Shown in pieces: positions 54,426 to 64,000 of a stretch of DNA of 64,000 nucleotides. Location: assembly GCA_025558095.1 (NCBI GenBank), contig JAIVFI010000027.1, positions 1 to 64,000 of the forward strand, read 5' to 3'. The notes beneath the pieces are model-generated. The model saw only the letters and a list, made by a program, of their open reading frames with translations, was not told the DNA's origin and made no database searches. The stretch is from Hyaloraphidium curvatum SAG 235-1 (taxonomy: Eukaryota > Fungi > Monoblepharomycota). The position numbers were made by a program, and so were the translations under genes. Positions within the stretch are counted from its first letter, which is position 1. Each line of letters begins with the position of its first letter.

Positions 54426-54719
54426 CGTGATCTCCGAAAGATAGGATGGTCAGATAGTCCAATGACCGCGCGCGCTCCCTGCTCGCCGGGGGTCCCGAAA
54501 CAGCGACAAGAAACCGGCACCCGGCGGCACCCGAAAACCACGCGTTCGCCGCCCGAGGTCCACCAAGTCGCGCTCTCAATGAGCTGTAAAACGGAACCGG
54601 CGAACGCTCCAGCGGCCCCCGGCGCCACCTCCGCGCCCTAGACTGGCCCAAGTGTCGTTCCTGTTTGCGGTGCAAGGGACTTCACGCCAAGCTCCCCGAG
54701 ACTACTACTTGCTCTCGAG

Positions 54720-56122
54720 ATGTCGCCGCCGCTCGACAAGCTTCTGGGCCCCGATGTCTTCCTCGCGTGCTTTCCCGCGCCCCTACCGGCAAGGCCTCCT
54801 AAGGGATTGCCCCCGGCGTTCGCCGCGGGCTTCGCGGACCCGATGCCGCGGCCCTCCGAGGGCAGAGGCCACTAGACGCCAAGTCGACTCTCGACACGTT
54901 GCAGAGCCTGGACCCCTCGTTGAAGGTCGCCGCCGAGATATACATCCGCTCCCGGCCCGTCTTCGCCTCCGTGTGGTTCCGCATGCTCTTCCGCGACGCG
55001 ACGGGGATCTTCCTTTTCCTCTTGGTGTTTCCGTTCAACGACGGCATGTTCAGGACGCGGGGACTTGCCGTCGCGACCGTTGCATTCGTGCTCGACACCG
55101 CATGGTGGACCTGGGTGGCCCATGGCAGTATGCAGTGGTTCGGCGTCTTCGAGGACCGTTCCCCGAAACACCACAAACCTGCAGAGGCACCCCCGGAGCT
55201 CGACAACGCCTTCTCGGAACTTCAAAGCAACCGCAAGCGCCCAACGAGGCCGGTGTGCTGGCAGGCGTCGTGCGCTATCAACAGCTCCTGCAGGACCTGC
55301 AAAAGGTGGCGACAGTTCATCATCCACCGTGACGCTGGAGCATGATCCCGAGGACGAAGATCTCTACCCGTGCGTGGACTGCACGAGGAGCGTGCTGCGA
55401 TCCGCGTCGCTCAGCATGACCTTCACGGTTGTATTGTCGACTCTCTGCGGCGTGGTCATCTGGCTCCTCCTGAGGAACTGGACGTCCATTGTCACCTTGG
55501 GTGGGTTCGTCTGGACGACGCCGTGGTCGGCCATTCTGGGCGGCATTGCGCTCCTTGCGGACGCAGTCTACTTTTCGGGGCCTGTTTCCGGCCCACTACC
55601 GTGTTCACGATCCCTTTGCTGGACTTGGAGCTACGCCTGCGCACCCGGGCAGTCCGCATAGCGCTCGATGATCTCAAGAGGCAGCTGCGCCGTGCCTTGC
55701 AGGACGGTTCCGATCCCGGCCTGCCGTCCATCGCCCTGCACGCCCGCCTCCTGAGCGAATGGAGCGACAACTTCGGGATCAATCGGACTCTTCTTCCGCT
55801 CCATTTTCCTCGGCGACTTTGCCGCCATCCTTGTCAACGCCGCCGGCGCCTCGTGCGTACCCGCCTCGTACGTCGCCAGCATCGGCCTCCTTCTCTACCT
55901 TGCCACCCTCTCCATGTTCAACACCGCGTGGGTCAACCGGCAGTGCGACCCCACGGCCAGGGTGTACCGCGGCGCCGTCCTGGAACTCACTGCTATGGCC
56001 GATGAGGCCGCGACCGCGCCGCCCGCGGTCCTCTCGTGACCCTCGCCGTGGCGCTGTGGTCCGTATTTCGGTCGCTGGGCGTGGGGATCACGATCCAAAC
56101 GGTGTGTCCTGTCGTGGCATGA
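54720..56122 (+). pseudogene. Pseudogenised inverted copy of the 7-TM gene at 56423-57982
   Basis: Collinear with the neighbour ([29 protein letters not shown]), but with several frameshifts and a deletion near 56036 removing the RFIGIPVT segment. Confidence 0.9.
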
Positions 56123-56422
56123 GCGACCACTTTCGGAAGGATGATGGCAGCGGGGGATGCCTGGAGTCGGGACGGGGACTGCAGAGACATGTTTGTGAAC
56201 GAGGGAAGTCATTGGACTATGGATACACCTTTAATCAATCTGAATTGCTGCAAACCGCGACCTGTTTTGGGCAAGACGGCGCCGTTCCCCTGCGCGCCAT
56301 ACACCGGGGCAGAGAGGCCGGCTGAGCGTCCGCTTCGTGACACTATAGATTGACTTTCGGGAGGCAAATACATCATGGCCAGGCATGCCGCCCCGTTGAC
56401 CCGCGACTCCCATAACCAAGTT

Positions 56423-57982
56423 TCAGGCCACCGCTGGCCAAACGGTCTGGATGGTGATCCCCACGCCCAGCGACCGAAATACGGACCACAGCGCCACGGC
56501 GAGGGTCACCACTGTCGTCGCCAGTGCGCGGATCACGTCGGTTGTAACCGGAATTCCGATGAACCTGGCCCGCGCCCCGTCGAGATCGGCAAATCTCTTC
56601 AGCAGCGAGCGGTGCGACTTGATGGACGACAGCACCGCGGGGGGCGCGGTCGCGGCCTCGTCAGCCAGCGCGGTGAGCTCCAGCACGGCGCTGCGGTACG
56701 CACTGGCCACGGCGTCGCACTGTCGGTTGACCCAAGCCGTGCTGAACAGGCCCAGGATGGCAATGTAGAGCAGGAGGCCGACGCTGGCCACGTAAAATGC
56801 GGGCAGGCACGACGCGCCCGCAGCGTTCACGACGATCGCCACGGCGTCGCCAAGGAAGAGGGAGCGCGTAAGGTACCCCAGGGATCCGGAGAATGTGAAG
56901 TTGTCGCGCCATTCGCTCAATAGCCGCGCATGCAAGGCGATGTAGGGTGCCGATGTCAAGGACGGGGGTTCCGCGGCGTCGTCATGGCCCTCCAGCAAGG
57001 CGCGGCGCAGGCGCGCCTTGAGATCATTGAGCGCGATGCTAACCGCCCTCGTCCGCAGGCGGAGTTCCAGGTCCAGCATGGGGCTGTTGAACACGGTGGT
57101 CGGCCGAAAGCAGGATCCGGCAACGTAGGCTGTTGACATTACCAAGGCAACACTCGCAAGGGTCCCAGACCATGGAGTCGTCCACACGAGCCCTCCCAAG
57201 GTTACGATGGACGTCCAGTTCCGCAGCGGGAGCCAGGTAACCAGGCCAAGGACAAGAAACGAAACGTTCACAAGAGCGGATGTCAGCGATGCCGACCGGA
57301 GCAACTCCTTCGTACAGGCGACGCATGGGCACGAATCTTCGCATCCGGGCTCGTGCTCCATCATTCCCGATGTGATCCCATTCGGATTCTGGTCCCGAAT
57401 GAGCTGCATGTAGCGCACGATGCCAGCGAGCACACCAGCTTCATTGGGTGCAGTCAAAGGCTTCGGAACATCCGACAAGGCGGTCTCCACCTCCGAGGGC
57501 AGTTCCGCGGACTCGACCCAACGGTCCGCAAAGGCACCCCACCATTGCATGGTGCCGTGGGTGACCCAGGTCCACCAGGCTATGTTGAATACAAATGCGA
57601 CCGTCGCAGTGGCGAGCCCGCGGGTGACGAACATCCTGTCGTTGAACGGGTACACCAAGAGGAAGAGGAAAATCTGAGGCGCGTCCTGGAAGACGAGGCG
57701 GGACCATACGGAGGCGAGCATGGGTCTGGAACGCATGTACATGTCGACACCAAGCTTCAACGACGGATCCAGGGTCTGCAGCGCGTCGAGCGTCGACTTT
57801 GCGTCCAGAGGCCTCTGAGCGCGGAGGGCCGCGGCATCGGGCGGGTCGGCGAAGCCCGCGGCGAACGTGGCCGGCAGCCCCCTCGGAGTCCGCACAGGAG
57901 GCGGTGCCGGGAAGCAGGCGAGGAATGCAGCGGGCCCCAAAAGCGAGTCCAGCGGCGGCGACGACATCTCGAGTTGCGGCAT
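56423..57982 (-). CDS. 7-TM membrane protein, candidate gustatory-receptor-like (7TMIC) channel; intronless
   Basis: 519-aa open frame with seven hydrophobic segments and alternating short and long loops. The C-terminus is [31 protein letters not shown]. The family call is inference. Confidence 0.75.
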   Translation of the reverse strand: MPQLEMSSPPLDSLLGPAAFLACFPAPPPVRTPRGLPATFAAGFADPPDAAALRAQRPLDAKSTLDALQTLDPSLKLGVDMYMRSRPMLASVWSRLVFQDAPQIFLFLLVYPFNDRMFVTRGLATATVAFVFNIAWWTWVTHGTMQWWGAFADRWVESAELPSEVETALSDVPKPLTAPNEAGVLAGIVRYMQLIRDQNPNGITSGMMEHEPGCEDSCPCVACTKELLRSASLTSALVNVSFLVLGLVTWLPLRNWTSIVTLGGLVWTTPWSGTLASVALVMSTAYVAGSCFRPTTVFNSPMLDLELRLRTRAVSIALNDLKARLRRALLEGHDDAAEPPSLTSAPYIALHARLLSEWRDNFTFSGSLGYLTRSLFLGDAVAIVVNAAGASCLPAFYVASVGLLLYIAILGLFSTAWVNRQCDAVASAYRSAVLELTALADEAATAPPAVLSSIKSHRSLLKRFADLDGARARFIGIPVTTDVIRALATTVVTLAVALWSVFRSLGVGITIQTVWPAVA

Positions 57983-58030
57983 TTACTGGCAAGGGACTCC
58001 GTTGGTGCTCCGACGCGTCGATCGACTCCA

Positions 58031-58928
58031 ATGGCGAACTCGGCTCGCGCCCGCGAGCTGCTGCTCTCCGCCAGGAACCTCGTGATTCTAACCGGTGCAG
58101 GTGTGTCAGCGGCATCGGGCGTGCCTACATTCCGCGGCCCGGGCGGGCTCTGGCGCCACTTCCGGTCCGAGGAGCTCGCGACCCCGCGCGCGTTCGCCGG
58201 GGATCCGTCGCTCGTATGGGAGTGGTACCACTGGCGGCGAGAAAGTGAGCCTCTTGATTTGGGATGAAGTTGCTTGTTCGATGCTGATCCCTGTTCCAGC
58301 GGTCCGGACGAAGTTGCCCAACGGCGCCCACCTCGCCATTGCCCGGCTGCAATCCAAACCCCCTGCCAACCTCCTCTCCGCCGTCCTGGTGACCCAGAAC
58401 GTCGACGGCATCCACCCCCTGGCCGGCTCGCCCTGCATCGAGATGCACGGATCGCTGTTCCGCACCAAGTGCACCAACAGCCGCTGCCCGGGGAGCAGCA
58501 AGGCCACGGAGGATAGGCGGAGCCCCATCGTCGAGGCTCTGCGTGGACGGGGCGCGCCGGACGTCGAGGAGAGGGGCCCGCAGATCCCGGAGGAGGAGCT
58601 GCCTCGGTGCGGGGAGTGCGGCTCGCTCACCCGCCCCGCTGTCGTGTGGTTCGGCGAGAACTTGGACCCGGCGGTGATGGCTTCGGTCCAGGACGCGCTG
58701 CAGGCGTGCGATCTCCTGTTCGTGGTGGGGACGAGCGGACTTGTGTACCCCGCGGCAGGGTTCGCGGAGGAGGTCCAGGCCCGCGGCGGGAATGTGGTCG
58801 AGTTCAACGTGGAGAGGACCAGGCAGGATGCGGATCCCAGCAGGAGGGGGAGGGGGGCGTACCTGTTCGTCGAAGGGCCGTGCGAGGTGACAGTGCCAGC
58901 CGTGGTGAACGCTGCACTCGCGCGGTAG
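58031..58928 (+). CDS. SIRT5: Class III sirtuin (SIRT5/CobB-type NAD-dependent deacylase), 1 intron
   Basis: [22 protein letters not shown] (YxxR succinyl pocket), TQNVDG, HGS, Zn cysteines, RPAVVWFGE and GTS. Intron 58245-58299. Confidence 0.92.
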
Positions 58929-59175
58929 CTGGTGAATATTGATGTCGTCCGTTGCGTTGCTCGTTCGACTCCTTGTCGATGCGCAGTGCGGAGATGTGCG
59001 CAGCAAAGCCGCAGCAAAGCGGACGGGGTGTTTTGGGGTCCCGCGCGGCTGGAAAACCTGTTCTTGCTAGCCGCCCGCGTTCCCTGCCTGGGTGACGCCC
59101 TTGCGCAGGCACAGACAACGAAAACGCCACTGAGCGAGCCCCCTCTGTCGAAGCCGCCTACTCGCCCCTGCCGCT

Positions 59176-60278
59176 ATGGCGCGTATCATCGCCTTGCTGT
59201 GGGCGCTCTTCGCCGTGGCGACGGTGGCCGTGTCGCCCGCCGCAGCCACCAACTCCAAGGCGCTCCTCTGCACGCAGCAGGGAGGCTGCACGTCCTGTGA
59301 CCAGTAAGAACCTCGCTCCGCTCTGGCCCCTTGACCGTTCTGACTCCTGACTCGCTGCCCTTCCCGCTGCTGCTCAACCCAACCATCCCCCCCCGCTGCC
59401 GCAGGCCGTGCTTCATCGACGGCAATTGCGCCCCCTACGAGCTGTGCGAGAAGCTCAATTCCCCCAAGTCCTGCACTGCATCTGGCCTGGAATGCCCGTG
59501 CTGCATCAAAGGTACCTGCCAGAAGGATCTCTCGCTCTGCTTCGGCCGCTGCACCGGCTCCGGGATCGAATGCCCGTGCTGCTACGCCGGCTTCTGCCGC
59601 GAGCCCTGGATCTGCTTCGGCCGCGACGCCGACCCGTGGCAGGTCATGGTCCAGTCGCACCAGGCGCTCTTCCTCGCCCTCGAGCTCATGTCGCAGGCCA
59701 CGCGCAACCCGGCCGGCCGCGCGGCGATGGATGCCATCCGCGCGCAGGCGGACGACCTTTTTGCCATGCTCCGTCTCCATGCGCGGATCGAGGACGGCGT
59801 GTTCTTCCCCGCGGTCGAGACCAAGCGCCCCGGTCTCGCGGACAGGTTCGAGGAGGACCACCGCCGCAGCGCGGCCGGGCGCCCCGCCCTGCTCGACCTC
59901 CTCAACAAGGCAAAGGACTCTGATGCCGCTTTCGAGGAGGCCATGGCCGCCATGCGCCGCTTCTGCAGCGGCAACACGGCCCACCAGCTCGGCGAGGAGC
60001 AGGAGATCAACCCCAAGCTCCCCGAGGACTTCACCCAGCCAGAGGCGATCCACGTGGTCAGGATGATGGCGGAGCTGGACCAGCCGAGCTTCAACGGCCC
60101 CTACGTCGCCGGCGTCTTCTCGCGCATCCCTGATTCCGGGCGGGCGGCCTTCCTCACATCGCTGCGCATGTCGGTGTCGGCGGCCCAGTACGAAGAGATC
60201 ATGAAGACCGTGAGGGGAATCGTGGGGGACAAGAGCAAGCAGATCGTGCCCGTTGAGAACCCCGCGATGTTTGTGTAG
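59176..60278 (+). CDS. Secreted Cys-repeat + hemerythrin (HHE) domain protein, 1 intron
   Basis: Signal peptide and intron 59304-59404. Two C-x6-C-P-CC-x4-C-x5/6-CFGR repeats precede SHQAL, HARIED..FFP, EDH and HQLGEE hemerythrin-like ligands. Confidence 0.8.
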
Positions 60279-60708
60279 AAGCGGACTGGCTGTCTTTTAC
60301 TGTTGCCACATGTCAGATTAGCTTCGCTGTTGTACGTGTGATCGGAATACCTTCAACTGTACCGATATTCGAGCGTACTTTTCAAGAGTGAGGCTTCAGT
60401 TCCCGTTCGGCGAGCGACGAGCTTGACGCCACGTGTTGCTTGCGGACACAAGGAGTGGGAGGCAGAGAAAACCCCGCCAACACCCCGCGAAGGATCGTTG
60501 AGGTAATTTTCCGTACGAAAGTCGTTTTTTATCCTCTCTCCGTGTCCCCGTGTCCTCTCGCATGGCCGATCCGTGGGCAGTGGCTCGTGGGCTGGTGCTG
60601 GAAGCCTGGAAGCAGGACCCGTTCCTTGACTGACTGACTTTCAGGTTGCCTTGACTGACTTTCGGACCTTCGTTCCCCCGGTTCACAGCAAGAGATTTGA
60701 CCCGCGAA

Positions 60709-61974
60709 ATGCCGCGGCACTCCTCTGCGTTGCGGCACATTGCATTCGCGCTCGGGCTGCTGCTGGTCCTCGTCGCGTCGCGCCCGAGCATCGCGCAGGT
60801 CCTTTCAGGCGCACCCCCCGGCATCGCCTCGCGCCGCCTGCCCGGGCCCACGATCCCGCTGGTCACGCACGCGTGCGTCTTCCCCCGCCGCCCCTCGCTC
60901 GCTTTCATCACAGCCCAGGAGGGCGGGATCTTCCTGCACGACGCCGCGGCCGGGACCGTCCGCTCCTTCGCCCGCGTGACCACCACGTTCGTGGCCGAAA
61001 CCGGACTCCTTGCCTGCGCGGTCGACGACAGCACCCCGCAGATGGCGCTGATCCTGTTTGTCACCGTCGGCGCCGAGCACCGGGTCGTGCGGTACCCGTT
61101 CACCCTCTCCCCCCCGGCGCTCCGGACGGCCGGCGCCAGGGTGCTGCTCCGCATGCCTTACGTCTACCCGCGGCACGCAGGCAGCTGGCTGGGATGGCAG
61201 GCCCTGAACGCTACGGCCAACGAGACCCGCTCCGCACTCCTGGTATCGCGCGGCGAAGACAGCCAGTGCGACGGCGACCAGCCCAGGTGCGCCTTTGCCT
61301 TGCAGGCGGACGATTTCCGGGGCAAGATCATGCGCAGTGAGTATCGCTCCGCATCAAGATCGATCCAGGATCTGATCTCACCTCCCCGCTCAGTCGATCC
61401 CGTCACCGGCGCCGGCCTCCCCGGCAACATGTGGTTCCGCCCCTCATCCCCCTTGTCCAACCGCGCTCGCGTTCATTCATGGGGCTTCCGCAACCCCTGG
61501 GCCGTCGCCAGCCACCCGACCAACCCGCGCCTTCTCGCCGTCTTCGATCCGGGGTGGGAAACCCGCGAGACCCTGCGCATCGTCGGCCCCGGCGAGCACG
61601 GCGGATGGCCGTGCTTCGAGGGCAGCCTGCCGCACCTCGCCGGGAGGTGCAACGCCACCGTGCGCGCGGGGATCAGGAGGCGCTGGGCAGAGTACCCCCA
61701 CGTCGACGGGGACAATTGCATGATCGGCGGGGCGTTCTTCCCCTCTTCGTTCAGAGCTTCGCTGCGGAACCGTGCCCTGTTCGGCGACCTCGCTTCCGGG
61801 CGGCTCAGGACCGTCCCTGTAGCCGCGGACGGCAGGCCAGGTGCGATGGGCATCTTTGCGCGGCTGTACGGCGTGGTCAGGATCGTGCAAGGGCCCAGGG
61901 GGAGGCTGTGGCTCATCATGTACGGGCAGGGTGCCATCGTGGAGGTCTGGGACACCACACCTGCGGCGGCCTAG
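60709..61974 (+). CDS. Glucose/sorbosone dehydrogenase (GSDH, PQQ-type beta-propeller) family secreted protein, 1 intron
   Basis: Signal peptide, ETGLL, HAG, FRGKIMR|IDP..G.GLPGN, WGFRNPW and GWPCFEG. In-frame intron 61337-61393. Confidence 0.82.
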   Translation: MPRHSSALRHIAFALGLLLVLVASRPSIAQVLSGAPPGIASRRLPGPTIPLVTHACVFPRRPSLAFITAQEGGIFLHDAAAGTVRSFARVTTTFVAETGLLACAVDDSTPQMALILFVTVGAEHRVVRYPFTLSPPALRTAGARVLLRMPYVYPRHAGSWLGWQALNATANETRSALLVSRGEDSQCDGDQPRCAFALQADDFRGKIMRSEYRSASRSIQDLISPPRSVDPVTGAGLPGNMWFRPSSPLSNRARVHSWGFRNPWAVASHPTNPRLLAVFDPGWETRETLRIVGPGEHGGWPCFEGSLPHLAGRCNATVRAGIRRRWAEYPHVDGDNCMIGGAFFPSSFRASLRNRALFGDLASGRLRTVPVAADGRPGAMGIFARLYGVVRIVQGPRGRLWLIMYGQGAIVEVWDTTPAAA

Positions 61975-62162
61975 AAGCGCGCGCACGGTTTTCGGTCCCC
62001 GGAGGACAGTCAGCTGGACGGGCATTTGACTCATCCGAGGCGCACATCAATCCGGTGACGTGCATTCGCAAGTGGAAGCAGAAGTTGGCGGACGGCATCA
62101 ACAACAGCTTTAGAAGGGGACTTCACGCCGGGCGTAAACCGAGTATTCCTCTCAAACCCCCT

Positions 62163-64000
62163 CTACGCCTTCCCCGCGCCCTTCCACGACAGCAGCCCAT
62201 CCGCGTCCACGCTGCACCTCTCCTCGATCACCGCCTCCACCCTCTCCCTGAGCCCCACCTTCCCCCTCCCGAAACCCTCGGGCACCCTGTCGCCGAACGG
62301 CCTCCGCGTCGCGAGCAGCACGTCCCGCGCCCGCTCCATCGACTTGCGGTCCGCGCGGTTGAAGTACGGGTTCTCGGTGGGCGGGGTGCCCCAGTTCAGG
62401 AGGAACCTGCACCGCGCGGGGACGGTCAGCGGAGGGCCGGGCGGGCGGCACGGGCAACGCACCAGTCGACCACCTCCTCCTTGCGGAACGCGTACTCGGG
62501 CGCGTCCTTGAAATCCCCCTTGACCACCGCCTCCACGTCCCGCTCCCTCGGCAGAGCGCAGACGAACCGGTGCGGGTACTCGAAGTAGGTCCGCTCCGTC
62601 CGGAGCTTGAGCTCGGTGTAGCGCCTGGGCTTGCCCGCCGGGGTGAAGTAGGTCTGCTCGACGTACTTGTCCGTGATGGTGTCGATGGCGCTCAGGGGCG
62701 GGGTCCAGGCGGGGTCGGGCTGCTTGGTGATGAGGACGGCGGTGACGCCGGTGGCGAGGTCGGGGGAGTTGTTCTCAAAGTCCTGTGGGCACCGGCCACC
62801 CAGTTGCTGTTAACGGCAGCGCGTGCAGACGGAGTCCGGGAGGTACCCACGACGAACTCCCTGCAAAGCCTGAACTCCATCCCAAACACCTCCGCGACGT
62901 CCATCTGCTCCCCCTTCCTCGCCGCCCTCAGGGACACCTTCATCGCCGTCGGCGACATCTTCTCCAGCGTCGCCAGCGTCTCGAGCGCGAACGGGGAGCC
63001 GTCCTTGCTCAGACGCTGGAGGATCTCCTCGACGGTGTTGGCGGAGAAGCACGAGTCGATGGTGCGGCGGGCGTCGCCCGAGAGGGACCACGAGAGCCAC
63101 TGCTCCTTGGTCGGCGCCTCGGCTTCCCGAAAGACGGGGCGTCAGCATCGAGCACCGGGGTAGCGGAACGGCCCACCCACCGGCAAACTCCTCCACCACG
63201 CTCTCGACGACCCCGAGGTTGCCCTCCACCTCCCCCAACCTCCTCACCAGCGCCTCCACCCTCGCGCTCGGCACGTAGTGCGTCGCGATGCCCGCGAACA
63301 GGCACTCGATCCCCTTGAGGCGCTTCCCGGTGAGCCCGAGGTAGGTCCCGATCTCGCCGTCCAGGCGCGGGAGGAAGAAGGAGCCGCCGACGTCGGGGAA
63401 GAAGCCGATGGCGGTTTCGGGCATGGCGAAGAGGGTGCGCTCGGTGGCGATGCGGATGGGGGCGTGGACCGAGAGGCCGACGCCACCGCCCACTGTGGGT
63501 TAGGGGCAGGAGCGAGTGAATGGCGGACCAGCGCTCAATCCGACAGCGAAACCCACTTGTGATCCCGTCCATGATGGAAATCACCGGGGTCTCGATGGTC
63601 GCGATCATGTGGTCGAGGATGTATTCCTCGTCGAAGAAGGCGAGCGCCGAGGCCAGGTCGCCCTTCTGGGCGTCGAGCACGACGGTCTTGATGTCGCCGC
63701 CGGCGCAGAAGGCGCGGGCGTCGGGGGCCGAGCAGATGATGATGGTCTTGGCGAGGTCCTGCTGGTTCCATTCCTGGAAGGCGATCGGCGTCAGTGATCT
63801 TCCCCCCAAAATGGGCAGGCAAGGAGGTAGGCGATGGGAGGGAACGCGTCGAAACACCATTCTGGCGGCCCGAAACACGCCATCGACCCCTCCCAGTCCT
63901 CCCCCCACCCCCGAAATGATACCCACGCCGATGAACTTTGCCATCTCGGTGCACATGCCGGTGGACAGCGCGTTCAGCGCCTTCGGCCTGTTGAGGATGA
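62163..64000 (-). CDS. HIBCH: 3-hydroxyisobutyryl-CoA hydrolase, multi-exon, 5' end outside window
   Basis: [24 protein letters not shown]|[23 protein letters not shown] and MSPTAMKV. Confidence 0.93.

Noticed and set aside
49466-58928. Prokaryotic-style defence island (sirtuin + helicase + membrane protein)
   Set aside because: The genes have spliceosomal introns. The sirtuin is an ordinary SIRT5/CobB type and the helicase a eukaryotic DEAH type.
1-64000. CRISPR arrays, tRNA or rRNA genes, intact transposons
   Set aside because: I saw no repeat-spacer arrays, cloverleafs, rRNA motifs, TIRs, LTRs or transposase ORFs by eye. Covariance searches were not run.

Overview
This is eukaryotic nuclear DNA, not prokaryotic. 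It is very GC-rich and gene-dense, with many short (mostly ~40-100 nt) GT-AG introns carrying CTGAC/CTCAC-type branch points. The intron style, TKL kinases and gene content suggest an early-diverging (chytrid/monoblepharid-like) fungus; this is inference and no taxonomy search was run. About 40 genes or gene relics are visible. Housekeeping genes include a Zn-ADH, two DET1-like histidine phosphatases, a La protein, alanine-glyoxylate aminotransferase, a SIRT5-type sirtuin, HIBCH, a DEAH helicase, a sterol desaturase/hydroxylase and an arylamine NAT. Several bacterial-type genes are HGT candidates: a GNAT, an LTA-synthase/sulfatase-like gene, a secreted HAD hydrolase, a P-loop kinase, a saccharopine-DH-like gene (all intronless) and a GSDH gene (one intron). 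Duplication and pseudogenisation are frequent. The four strongest candidates for undescribed biology are: (1) a repeated head-to-head cassette at 25.9-34.2 kb pairing an F-box gene with a small 12-Cys zinc-finger gene (2 full cassettes plus 2 solo Zn-finger copies) under a conserved GATA+CRE-like upstream module; (2) a three-member 7-TM family whose topology and C-terminus resemble gustatory-receptor-like 7TM ion channels; (3) a secreted knottin-like-repeat/hemerythrin fusion; (4) an intron-marked Cys module shared by two otherwise unrelated secreted proteins. Exon boundaries were read by eye and are approximate unless stated.
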